Below are positions 8,436-16,858 of a stretch of DNA of 62,797 nucleotides, one piece after another. The stretch is taken from positions 1 to 62,797 of the forward strand of contig JAWLHR010000019.1 of the NCBI GenBank assembly GCA_041690295.1. Direction: 5' to 3'. The position numbers and the translations under genes were made by a program. Position 1 is the stretch's first letter, and every line of letters begins with the position of its first letter. Origin of the DNA: Bdellovibrionales bacterium. Its GTDB lineage: Bacteria > Bdellovibrionota > Bdellovibrionia > Bdellovibrionales > UBA1609. The notes beneath the pieces were generated by a model, which was not told the origin of the DNA, made no database searches, and saw only the letters and a program-made list of their open reading frames with translations.

Positions 8436-9653
8436 GTGGCTGGAGAATTTAAGCGGCTGACAGGTACAAATCATCTCGAGCGCGCCTTCCGCATCGTGGA
8501 AGCTAACTCACTTCAATCGTCATCCGAATTGACGAAAGAACAAGTTCGCAAATTCAAGTCTAAACAAGGCCATTACATCAAGAGCATCAGTCAGCAACTC
8601 AACCGCGGAACCTTCGAGTTCGATCAGTCGGTGGGATACCCGAAGAAAAAATCCAGTGGGTCTTCACGCGGAATTGTCTCGACGACGCCCAAAAACAAAG
8701 TTGTGCAACGTGCGCTGCTTGAGGTCCTTCAAGGCACTCAAAAACTCCGGCCATTCTTCGACACGCCAAACAGCTTCGGCGCAGTTGAGGGCCGGAGCGT
8801 GCCGGAGGCTGTCACGGCCGCCCAGAAGGCAATTCGCAATGGCGCGACGTTTTTCTACAAATCAGACATTCGAGATTTTTTTCCCACGGTGGGCCGACAG
8901 TCGGGCCTCGACCGCGTGGCCTCTGTGATCGATGATGCTCGCTTCATGAATGTTCTTCGCGAAGCGCTCATCACGGAGTTATCAAACCTTGAGGAACTCG
9001 GCGAGGATCGCAATCTATTTCCCCTCGGCGAAGACGGCGTCGCGCAAGGCAACTGTCTCTCAGCGCTATTCGGTAACATCTACCTTTTTGATTTTGACCA
9101 GATCACGAACACTGCGGACGTAGTCTGCATACGGTTCTTGGACGACTTCATCATCTTTGGCCCGACCGCTGCCGCGGTTCAGGCCGTGGCACGGAAGGCG
9201 CACAAGGAGCTTAAACGCCTTGGCCTCAAAGCACATGAACCGAAAGATAAAACTGACAAAGCCAAGTTTGGATCGACGAAAGAGGGAGTTGAGTTCTTGG
9301 GATGCTTCATACATTCCGACTTCGCGAAGCCGGCAAATAAATCGATCGGCAGATTGAAGGAGAGCATCGAAGGCATTCTTGAACAGAGTTTGGCGCTTGC
9401 GCGACGGGGCGGCAGCGACATTCAGTTTCAGCGAGCGACCGAGGCCCAAGTGAAATCAAAGGTTGCAAACAAGTGCATCGGCTGGTGGGGCCAGTACCAG
9501 TTTTGCGAGATGCCGGACTTACGTGCATCGATTTCGCGGGACATCTCTGAAATGCTCGATCACTATGATGGTGAACTGGCCAAAATCAAAGCGCGTCTGC
9601 CGGTGCTAGAACGGGCCAGAATTCAGGGAATCTTGCCGAATCAGGGGTGGTAG
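8436..9653 (+). CDS. Group II intron-like reverse transcriptase (G2L4-like), no endonuclease domain
   Basis: RT motifs KVVQRALL, SFG, KSDIRDFF, GVAQGNCLSALFGNIYL, CIRFLDDFII and EFLG; 405 aa. The RT call is firm; the subfamily is inferred from the upstream repeats. Confidence 0.9.
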   Translation: MAGEFKRLTGTNHLERAFRIVEANSLQSSSELTKEQVRKFKSKQGHYIKSISQQLNRGTFEFDQSVGYPKKKSSGSSRGIVSTTPKNKVVQRALLEVLQGTQKLRPFFDTPNSFGAVEGRSVPEAVTAAQKAIRNGATFFYKSDIRDFFPTVGRQSGLDRVASVIDDARFMNVLREALITELSNLEELGEDRNLFPLGEDGVAQGNCLSALFGNIYLFDFDQITNTADVVCIRFLDDFIIFGPTAAAVQAVARKAHKELKRLGLKAHEPKDKTDKAKFGSTKEGVEFLGCFIHSDFAKPANKSIGRLKESIEGILEQSLALARRGGSDIQFQRATEAQVKSKVANKCIGWWGQYQFCEMPDLRASISRDISEMLDHYDGELAKIKARLPVLERARIQGILPNQGW

Positions 9654-9654
9654 A

Positions 9655-10389
9655 ATGATCTCAATATTTTTGGCTCTCGCATTCAATTCCGCCATGGCCA
9701 TGGGACCGGACGGTTTTACAGAAGTTGATCCTTATCCTCCCGGATCAAATGAAATGTCATGCGCTAATTACAGCAACGACGAATGGAAAGTTGGTCTTGA
9801 ACAAGGAAAACTTAAAATTGGCAAATCTGCTTATAATCATACGGTTTCTGTGGAGGTCGCAGATGGGACCATGTTTGGCCGCAATAAAGGTGAATTTGGT
9901 GGAGAGCTCGAGTTCGTAAGGGCGAAGGAATCTCAGAAGATCTTTAAGAAAAATATTTCGGCACTATTTCTCCTTCCCGAGCAGAAAGTCGCGGCATTTG
10001 GTGGTATGGCTCACATGGGAATCGATGAAGGTTATATGCTTGTGCTGGGCGGGCCGCCGGCCGTGTCGAAATGGAAGATTGAGAAGAACGTGAGACTTCC
10101 AGCGAACCCCTATGCGGTCGTCCCCAAAGATGAGGAAAAGTTTTTCTTTGTCACTGGAGATGGGCTGCACTCAGTGGATTGGAAAACAGGAAGTGTCGAC
10201 AAGCTCATCGCATCTTCAATCACGGGCCTGTATCCCAACAGCATTGTTGTTGCCGATGGTGGACATGTCTACGTTGGAATGAGGCACGCGGTCGCGCATT
10301 ACATTCCTGAAAAGAACGGATATAAGGTGAAGTGGCTCGTTAAGAAGAAGTGCACCGGTATCAAATTGTTTGATGGTGTGCCTCATTAG
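9655..10389 (+). CDS. Secreted hypothetical protein, beta-rich
   Basis: Signal peptide MISIFLALAFNSAMA; starts 1 bp after the RT stop. Confidence 0.75.
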   Translation: MISIFLALAFNSAMAMGPDGFTEVDPYPPGSNEMSCANYSNDEWKVGLEQGKLKIGKSAYNHTVSVEVADGTMFGRNKGEFGGELEFVRAKESQKIFKKNISALFLLPEQKVAAFGGMAHMGIDEGYMLVLGGPPAVSKWKIEKNVRLPANPYAVVPKDEEKFFFVTGDGLHSVDWKTGSVDKLIASSITGLYPNSIVVADGGHVYVGMRHAVAHYIPEKNGYKVKWLVKKKCTGIKLFDGVPH

Positions 10390-10392
10390 AGC

Positions 10393-11268
10393 ATGACCGT
10401 GATCGGCTGGCTTCTCAAGAATATCGTGCCTTCGTTTGTAACGGACTGGTTACTTCATCGACACACTGAGAATGTAATTCGCCGCTATCCGAACCTCGGA
10501 AAAATCATTCCGGCAAAATGGCCGAGGGGCAATGAGTACGGCATTACCAACAGGAAAATGCACGAGTTTCAGGCGCAGCGATTGGTTGACGACAACTCAA
10601 TCGATGGGATGAATCTTCCTCTGCTGATCCACAATATCGACTCTCGACTCACAGACGAAAAATCCAGACAGGTGTGGACCTCGATTATGGATCACTTTGA
10701 CTGGTTTGCGCGTGAATTTGCAGATACTCCTGGTTTTCGGCGAGTCTTGGAACCTCTTTGGGATGATTCATGGAGCCCAATGCGACTGTGGGCGGTAGCC
10801 GCGGAAATCTACTTGAGTCGTTTTTTGAAAGAGAATGGCTTCCAAATCGACGGTTTTGATAGAACAATTTCAGGCGCCAAAAAAACTGCGGACATAGCAA
10901 CCATCTGGAAGGGCACCCGCACGTGGATTGATGTGGAAACTCATCGCCTTACAAAACCAGTAGAAGGAGGCCCCGACGACTTTAGAAAGCTCGTAGAGGG
11001 GCGGGCGCTTAAGAAAATTGACGCCAAGTTCAAAACCCTAGCAGCTAATGAAATTGGCATCGTTGCATCGGTTTACTTGGTGAATAAGCGGGCGTTGCTA
11101 CCAAGATTTTCCTATATGAACGATGAGACAAAGCCAGTGCCCGGAAGATCTGCCAACGTTTTCTCGTCAGTTTACTGGCTCATCATAGGCACTCCGTTGG
11201 AAGGGCCACATCGATTCGGCCTCCATCTCATTGACCGAACATTAAAAACTGAGCGAGTTACGAGCTGA
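10393..11268 (+). CDS. Hypothetical protein with PD-(D/E)XK-like nuclease motif
   Basis: AAEIYL...KTADIATIWKGTRTWIDVET; starts 3 bp after the previous stop. Confidence 0.5.
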   Translation: MTVIGWLLKNIVPSFVTDWLLHRHTENVIRRYPNLGKIIPAKWPRGNEYGITNRKMHEFQAQRLVDDNSIDGMNLPLLIHNIDSRLTDEKSRQVWTSIMDHFDWFAREFADTPGFRRVLEPLWDDSWSPMRLWAVAAEIYLSRFLKENGFQIDGFDRTISGAKKTADIATIWKGTRTWIDVETHRLTKPVEGGPDDFRKLVEGRALKKIDAKFKTLAANEIGIVASVYLVNKRALLPRFSYMNDETKPVPGRSANVFSSVYWLIIGTPLEGPHRFGLHLIDRTLKTERVTS

Positions 11269-11697
11269 TCAATCTTCCTTGAGGATCGCACCGCCGGTGA
11301 GCCAAACCAATGCCTGCCCGCAGGAGGGGCAGGCGTCTTCCATTCTGGTTGCGTCCTTAAGGCATGCGGGACACAAGTCTCCTGAGACTTCTCGCTGAAA
11401 CACTCGTCGCCAGTTGTACTGGAAGTTGCGCCACATCGGTGTTTTTGCCCAGACGCGAATTCCATCTTCAATGGGCCATATCGCAACTACTTCAAGTTCG
11501 AACCGCGATACTAATCGGTTTAGCTGCCAAACATCTGATGCTTGCTTCAAGGATAGTCGGCTTAACAATGCCGTACTGAGGTCCACCGATGGATCCTCGA
11601 ATTGGTGTTTAGTGAACTCTTCCATCGAAATACCCAGCGGGGCCAGGAAAAACCGAACCTCCGAAACCAGATCAAAACTTACGAAGTGCCTCTCCAT
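11269..11697 (-). CDS. Hypothetical protein with C-terminal zinc ribbon
   Basis: CPAC...CPSCG; SD AAGGAG before the ATG. Confidence 0.65.
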   Translation of the reverse strand: MERHFVSFDLVSEVRFFLAPLGISMEEFTKHQFEDPSVDLSTALLSRLSLKQASDVWQLNRLVSRFELEVVAIWPIEDGIRVWAKTPMWRNFQYNWRRVFQREVSGDLCPACLKDATRMEDACPSCGQALVWLTGGAILKED

Positions 11698-11727
11698 ACG
11701 TTGCTCCTTTATTACTTTTAGGTTGAA

Positions 11728-12249
11728 TCAGTGGTCTGAAGACGGTGGCTGCTCCATCACCTTCTGAACGCTCCTCGCGTGCCATTTCCCGCGGCGGGTC
11801 TTGGTGGGCACACCCATTGTGTTCAAGACATCGGCGATCTTCCAAAAGCTGAAGCCTTGGCTTCTTAGGCTTTTGATTCGCTCAATGGCTTCCAGCTCTC
11901 GTTTATGGTTCACGATTTGGCGCTGGCGGTACGCCTCACCGAAACGAAGTTGTGATCGATTCCGCGGTAGGTCTTCCTGAGTCTTTATTGGAATGCCGAA
12001 GCGCTTCAATCCATTGCGAACCGCGCATCGGGTGGAAAAAATCTGCCGTGCGATTTCAGCAATTGTGAGCCCTTCAACAACATATTTCTGGTGGAGGAAA
12101 CTCTTGTCTTTGTAGAGCGGAAAGGGCGAATATATAGCGATTGCAATGGGTTGCAGGGGTGGAAAAAGTGGTTCAGATACCGACCCCGATGGCGCCCCAA
12201 TTTTTCGAAGTGATCGAACCTGATCGCGTGAAATTTGGGATTCATTCTG
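11728..12249 (-). CDS. HTH plus recombinase DNA-binding domain protein, no catalytic domain, start uncertain
   Basis: The frame stays open upstream of the TTG at 12009 (LYKDKSFLHQKYVVEGLTIAEIARQIFSTRCAVRNGLKRFGI), then GFSFWKIADVLNTMGVPTKTRRGKWH. Confidence 0.65.
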   Translation of the reverse strand, partial: QNESQISRDQVRSLRKIGAPSGSVSEPLFPPLQPIAIAIYSPFPLYKDKSFLHQKYVVEGLTIAEIARQIFSTRCAVRNGLKRFGIPIKTQEDLPRNRSQLRFGEAYRQRQIVNHKRELEAIERIKSLRSQGFSFWKIADVLNTMGVPTKTRRGKWHARSVQKVMEQPPSSDH

Positions 12250-12282
12250 CTACCGCGTGTAGCAAGTCTTCGGCGCAATTCT

Positions 12283-12399
12283 CTAGAGTAAACCGACCCT
12301 CACCGCCCAATCCGACACTTCAGCTGAATTTGAGAAACCAAATTTACGCATGAGATTCGCCTTGTTCCTCGGATCGGCTAGTCTTGGATTCGTACCCAT
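12283..12399 (-). pseudogene. LuxR-type HTH C-terminal remnant
   Basis: Hand translation gives MGTNPRLADPRNKANLMRKFGFSNSAEVSDWAVRVGLL*, resembling the last LuxR helices. Confidence 0.45.
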
Positions 12400-12543
12400 C
12401 TGCGGTCGCTTGCTTTTGGCCGAATAGGTTGTGTCCTTGATTAACCCGGCTTTCGTAGATCAAGGCGATGTACTAAGTCTGACTGTGTGTAAATGCGATA
12501 CAGTTTATCTTCTACTTCCGCTTCGGAAGTTGCACTGCATTCA

Positions 12544-13320
12544 CTATGTACTGGGGAGAGTTCGGCGTTCTCTTACTAGGCGGAAGCCGGTGAATCGGTA
12601 ATCTGGTTTTGGGTAGGCGCCGTGTCTTCTGGCGCCTCGGCTTAGGTCACCGCCTCGGTGGAAGCTGCCGCCTCTTAGGATAAAGTAGTTTGCGCCGAAA
12701 ACTTCGTACAAGTCGTCCTTGATCAGTTCGCCGCCGGGATAGACCCAGTATCGGGTGTCCACCCACTCTTCTACGTTTCCGGCCAAATCCAGATGTCCGA
12801 ATGGGCCCGGAGCGTGGGCGTACTCAAGGACTGGCGTTGTGGTTCCAATATTTGATTCAACGGTGTTGGCCTTGCTTGGATCAAATGTAGGGCCGTATGG
12901 ATATTCGAGTCGCTCGGGTCCTCGTGCGGCCGCTTCCCATTCGACTTCTTTGGGCAAGCGGTAACGATAAACCGGATCGTTTGCGGACATCCAGGCGCAA
13001 AAAGATTTGGCCTCTGAAATATCTAAACCCCAAGCCGGATGATCGGCGGGCTCTCCCTCGACGAGCGACTCGCAAAGGGCGGCACCGGTGGCTGCGGCAA
13101 ACCGGAGATAGTTCGCATTGGTCACCAAGGTGCGAGACATTTCAAATCCCTCAACCCAAATTTTTAATGACGGGAATTCTTTGCGAAACCAACATTCAAT
13201 GTCTTGGCGAGTGAAATTTTCTAATAATCGATTTTGCCAAAATTCGATCGCCCGGTCCATTTCAGCGGCATCGGTGCCGATTGTGTAATGGCCGGCGGGG
13301 ACGGAAAGAAACTGGTTCAT
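12544..13320 (-). CDS. toxD: Formylglycine-generating enzyme/SUMF1-fold protein, ToxD-like
   Basis: VTNANY, RLPKEVEWEAAARG, DLAGNVEEW, LRGGSF and GFRL; next to WD40 and GTP cyclohydrolase II genes. Confidence 0.75.
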   Translation of the reverse strand: MNQFLSVPAGHYTIGTDAAEMDRAIEFWQNRLLENFTRQDIECWFRKEFPSLKIWVEGFEMSRTLVTNANYLRFAAATGAALCESLVEGEPADHPAWGLDISEAKSFCAWMSANDPVYRYRLPKEVEWEAAARGPERLEYPYGPTFDPSKANTVESNIGTTTPVLEYAHAPGPFGHLDLAGNVEEWVDTRYWVYPGGELIKDDLYEVFGANYFILRGGSFHRGGDLSRGARRHGAYPKPDYRFTGFRLVRERRTLPST

Positions 13321-14990
13321 CAGGGACTCCTGATCGGATAAACGCCTCCATCGTAGGAAGCCGCATAGAATGTTTGATCTTCTGGCCGATAAGCGATCGA
13401 ACTGATCCCTGACCGAGTCGGGCGCTCATTGTAAGTCCACTTTTTCGCTTCGGTGTCGAAAACCGCGACCTGCCCCCCGTAGGACCCAACCGCGATACGC
13501 TTTCCATCGGTCGCAACGCACTTCGCTGAATGATTGACTGGAGTTGGAATGACTTCGACCCGGTCCGATCCGAAAGTGAAAATTCTCAAAAGTCGATCCC
13601 GGCTGACGGATACGAAAGTCTTTTCCCGAAGAAATGCACACCCGTTGGCGATTTTAGCGTGAGCCTCTTCCACGTATTGAATCGGTTCTCCCGTTTCCGG
13701 GTTAAACCAGCAAAGATCCCGTGCGGCTCCCACCGCAAGACCCAGATGATCCGATAGGGCGATCGACTTGATGGCATTCTTTAAAATTCTATTTTGAAAT
13801 AGAATGGCTCCGGTTTCAGTGGACAAGATAAAAATCTCACCGGTGTATCCGCCGACGATAAGATTTTTTCCATTGGTGACGCCGCAGTTCAGCGGCTGCA
13901 TCAGATCGGCGAAAAGACTTCCGGAGGGATAGGTGTAAATCCGCCCCGTTTGTCCGCCGACAAAAAACCGGTCATGAAAAGGAACGATGAAATTGCAAAG
14001 TTCGTTGAAGTTAAAAAGCTGTTTTGCGGCGCCGGCATTGTGAATCTTCAAACAGCCGGCATCGCCAACCGTGATCAATCCGTCGGGCGAGTTTTGAATC
14101 GTGTTGATTCCAAAGGTCTCACCGATGTGATCGGTTTGAAATTTTCCGGTTGGTAAATCCAATTTGGCATAGGTGTCGCCGAAGGATCCAAAAATAACCG
14201 TATGCGGGTCCATAAAGGAGGCGGATCGGGCCCATATCGATGTGGGATAGGGGAGCCGATGCGTTTGAGCCAGCCGACCTTCGTCCACGTCGAACACGCA
14301 GAGATGCCGATCGTAGCTGAGGCTTAGCAGTTGGCGTTCGTCGCTCGATAAAACGAGTCGTTTGATGCCGGCCGAATGGGCTTTGACTCTCGTGAGAGTT
14401 CCGTCTTTTAAAACACAAATTTCACCGTTGTCATTGCCGGCAACAACTGTTCGGTCTCCCGTTATCGCCACAGTGTCGGTCTCCACACCATCCAATTGAA
14501 TTCGTTCAAGTTCGCTGAACTCCGTGACGCTCCAGAGGCGAACGGTTCCGTCATCGCTGCTGGAGATGATACTCTTTCCATCAGCCGACCAGGCCAACGA
14601 CGTGACGTCCGCGGTGTGCCCCTTTAACGTCGCAAGCAAACTCCCTTTTTGGTCGAAGACGCGCACGCAGCCATCGCGGCTGGCGGTGGCGATCATGGAT
14701 CCATCGGGAGAGAAGTTCGCCATTTCAACGTCATCTTCGTGGCCGTGGAGCGTGGCAACCAGTTCGAGAAACGGAACGCGCCAAACACGCGCGGTTCGGT
14801 CGCTGCTGGCGGTCACTAAAAGCTCTCCGGAAGGATGAAAATGACAAGCGTTCACCAAATGATCGTGGTAATTTACGGCGACGCTGTTGCCTTCATCCCA
14901 AAGAATCACGCGATTGTCGTAGCCGGCGGTAGCAATCCAGCGACGGCCGAACGCGGCAACACCGCTAATCGGACTTTTATGCGTTGGCAC
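13320..14990 (-). CDS. toxC: WD40-repeat protein, ToxC-like
   Basis: Repeats HKSPISG..ATAGYDNRVILWD, HDHLVN, GHEDDVEM and GHTADV; 556 aa. Confidence 0.8.
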   Translation of the reverse strand: MPTHKSPISGVAAFGRRWIATAGYDNRVILWDEGNSVAVNYHDHLVNACHFHPSGELLVTASSDRTARVWRVPFLELVATLHGHEDDVEMANFSPDGSMIATASRDGCVRVFDQKGSLLATLKGHTADVTSLAWSADGKSIISSSDDGTVRLWSVTEFSELERIQLDGVETDTVAITGDRTVVAGNDNGEICVLKDGTLTRVKAHSAGIKRLVLSSDERQLLSLSYDRHLCVFDVDEGRLAQTHRLPYPTSIWARSASFMDPHTVIFGSFGDTYAKLDLPTGKFQTDHIGETFGINTIQNSPDGLITVGDAGCLKIHNAGAAKQLFNFNELCNFIVPFHDRFFVGGQTGRIYTYPSGSLFADLMQPLNCGVTNGKNLIVGGYTGEIFILSTETGAILFQNRILKNAIKSIALSDHLGLAVGAARDLCWFNPETGEPIQYVEEAHAKIANGCAFLREKTFVSVSRDRLLRIFTFGSDRVEVIPTPVNHSAKCVATDGKRIAVGSYGGQVAVFDTEAKKWTYNERPTRSGISSIAYRPEDQTFYAASYDGGVYPIRSP

Positions 14991-15579
14991 TTTTGATCTC
15001 CATTAGTAAGAAGTGTCCTTTTTCCTGTTTGGATTTCAAATAGTTGTAATTTTCTTTACAAACATTGGCGGAATGCTGAACCACGCCGCTCACTGTAATG
15101 CCGGCGGCTTCGATCTGTTTGATCTTATCTGGATTGTTAGTAACCAATCGGATCGTGCTGAGCTTCATGGCTTTTAGAATTTCGGCCGCCACGCTGAACG
15201 TCCGTTCGTCGTCATTGAACCCAAGCATGCGGTTGGCTTCAAAGGTGTCGATATTTTTTTCCTGTAATCTGTAGGCCGCGATTTTATTGTAAAGGCCGAT
15301 TCCCCGCCCTTCTTGGCGAAGATAAAGGAGGACCCCACCTTCGGCGACGGCCTGTTTCATAAAGCGATCAAGCTGTGCGCCGCAATCGCACCGAAGTGAG
15401 CCGAAAGCGTCTCCCGTCAAGCATTCCGAGTGAATGCGGACGAGTGGAGTTTGGAGTTTTTCTTGATCTCCAAAAACAACCGCCACATGTTCCTTGCCGT
15501 CACTCAAGTTGTTGAAGGTCAATAATTTGGCCGCGCCGTATTTGGTGGGAAGCTGGACTTCGTCTCGAATGGTCACCAT
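14977..15579 (-). CDS. ribA: GTP cyclohydrolase II (RibA/ToxB-like)
   Basis: VRIHSECLTGDAFGSLRCDCG, RQEGRGIGL and TNNPDK; SD AGGAG before ATG 15579. Confidence 0.95.
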   Translation of the reverse strand: MVTIRDEVQLPTKYGAAKLLTFNNLSDGKEHVAVVFGDQEKLQTPLVRIHSECLTGDAFGSLRCDCGAQLDRFMKQAVAEGGVLLYLRQEGRGIGLYNKIAAYRLQEKNIDTFEANRMLGFNDDERTFSVAAEILKAMKLSTIRLVTNNPDKIKQIEAAGITVSGVVQHSANVCKENYNYLKSKQEKGHFLLMEIKSANA

Positions 15580-15661
15580 TGGATCTCCTAACCCTTTGCC
15601 TGCCGATGGAGATTTCAAGATTTGTGCCTAAAGAACCTGTATTAAACGGCGAGACGGCAGC

Positions 15662-16858
15662 TTATGATCCAAGCGTTGAGACAGTCTCGTCTGGGGATTT
15701 GGACTTAGTTCTTTGATTGAACAGCGGCACGGTAATGAGGACGCCACCCACCAAAGTGACCAGGGTTAGGATGCCGAACAATTGGGCCAATCCGTTGTGG
15801 TCGACCATTTTCCCGGCAAGAGGCGCCGCCACGACAAAGATAGAACGGGAGCCCATGCTCACAACTGAGTTTCCGAAGGCACGATTGGCCGGAGGCAATT
15901 GGCTATTTAACTCGGCGTTAATCCGTCCGTTGATCAAACCTCTTTCCGCTTCAAAAAGGAGCATGAAAAGCGCTCCCATGATGCCAATTTTAAGTGCGAA
16001 TGCGGAGCCCAAAAATCCGATTACCGGAATCAAAATCACGCTGCCGAACAAAACTGAGAACGAAATCCTGGAGTCCCACTTCACGGACATGCGGCTGAAG
16101 ATAATGCTGAGCACGCTGTGGCCGGCCCAGAGTACGCCAAACCAACCGATCGGAATTTTCAGTGCGGACCAAAAAATTTGAATCTGAGCGACCTGTAAAA
16201 GCAGGATCGCCGAGAAAAATATACGATGCGGAATTAAGTAACGAATAAATCGATTTTGCCAGCAGATTTTTTTAAGTGTCTGCCCAAAATGCACCAAATG
16301 ATTGATTCGCGGTGGCGATTGAGTCGGCGTTTCCTTCAGAGTAAGAGCGAGAAAAAAGGACGACCATGCCACCACGGCATTCACCGCAATCGCCAAGTCA
16401 AGGGAGTGTTGGGCCAAAAGACCGCCGATAACAGCCGAGCTGGCGGCTCCCCATTGGGACCACTGAAAGCGGGACGCGTGTGTGGCTGTCCAATTCGTCC
16501 TCTTGTCGGCGCCGTCATAGAGAAGGGCGACATCAGTTCCCGAGAACAAACTGTTTCCGACTCCAATGAAAACAAACGCCCAAATAAAGCCGTGGAATGA
16601 TGGCCAGTAGTAAAGAAGCGTGCCACCGATGCCCTTGAACAGTCCGGCGAGAATAATGGCGCGCCTTCGCCCGAAGGTGTCGGCGATATATCCGGTCGGC
16701 AAATCGAGAAGAAGAAGACAGGCGGAGAAAATGGAGCCGATCAGGCCGATTTGTTCGTACGACAGGCCCTTTGACCGATAATAGGGAACCATGATGGCCT
16801 GAACCACCAAGAAGGACCAGGCGAAATTGAGATACAAAATTTTTTTTATGTTAGACAT
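15662..16858 (-). CDS. MFS transporter
   Basis: About 12 hydrophobic segments; motif A GYIADTFGRR; SGTDVALLYD. Confidence 0.9.
   Translation of the reverse strand: MSNIKKILYLNFAWSFLVVQAIMVPYYRSKGLSYEQIGLIGSIFSACLLLLDLPTGYIADTFGRRRAIILAGLFKGIGGTLLYYWPSFHGFIWAFVFIGVGNSLFSGTDVALLYDGADKRTNWTATHASRFQWSQWGAASSAVIGGLLAQHSLDLAIAVNAVVAWSSFFLALTLKETPTQSPPRINHLVHFGQTLKKICWQNRFIRYLIPHRIFFSAILLLQVAQIQIFWSALKIPIGWFGVLWAGHSVLSIIFSRMSVKWDSRISFSVLFGSVILIPVIGFLGSAFALKIGIMGALFMLLFEAERGLINGRINAELNSQLPPANRAFGNSVVSMGSRSIFVVAAPLAGKMVDHNGLAQLFGILTLVTLVGGVLITVPLFNQRTKSKSPDETVSTLGS

Noticed and set aside
7815..9653. Retron
   Set aside because: No NAxxH or VTG retron motifs in the RT, and the leader is dominated by long direct repeats rather than a1/a2 inverted repeats.
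8436..9700. Intact group II intron
   Set aside because: The next ORF starts 1 bp after the RT stop, and I saw no domain V/VI sequence.
14977..15579. Housekeeping riboflavin operon
   Set aside because: No ribD, ribE or ribH nearby; the gene overlaps a ToxC-like WD40 gene in a secondary-metabolite operon.
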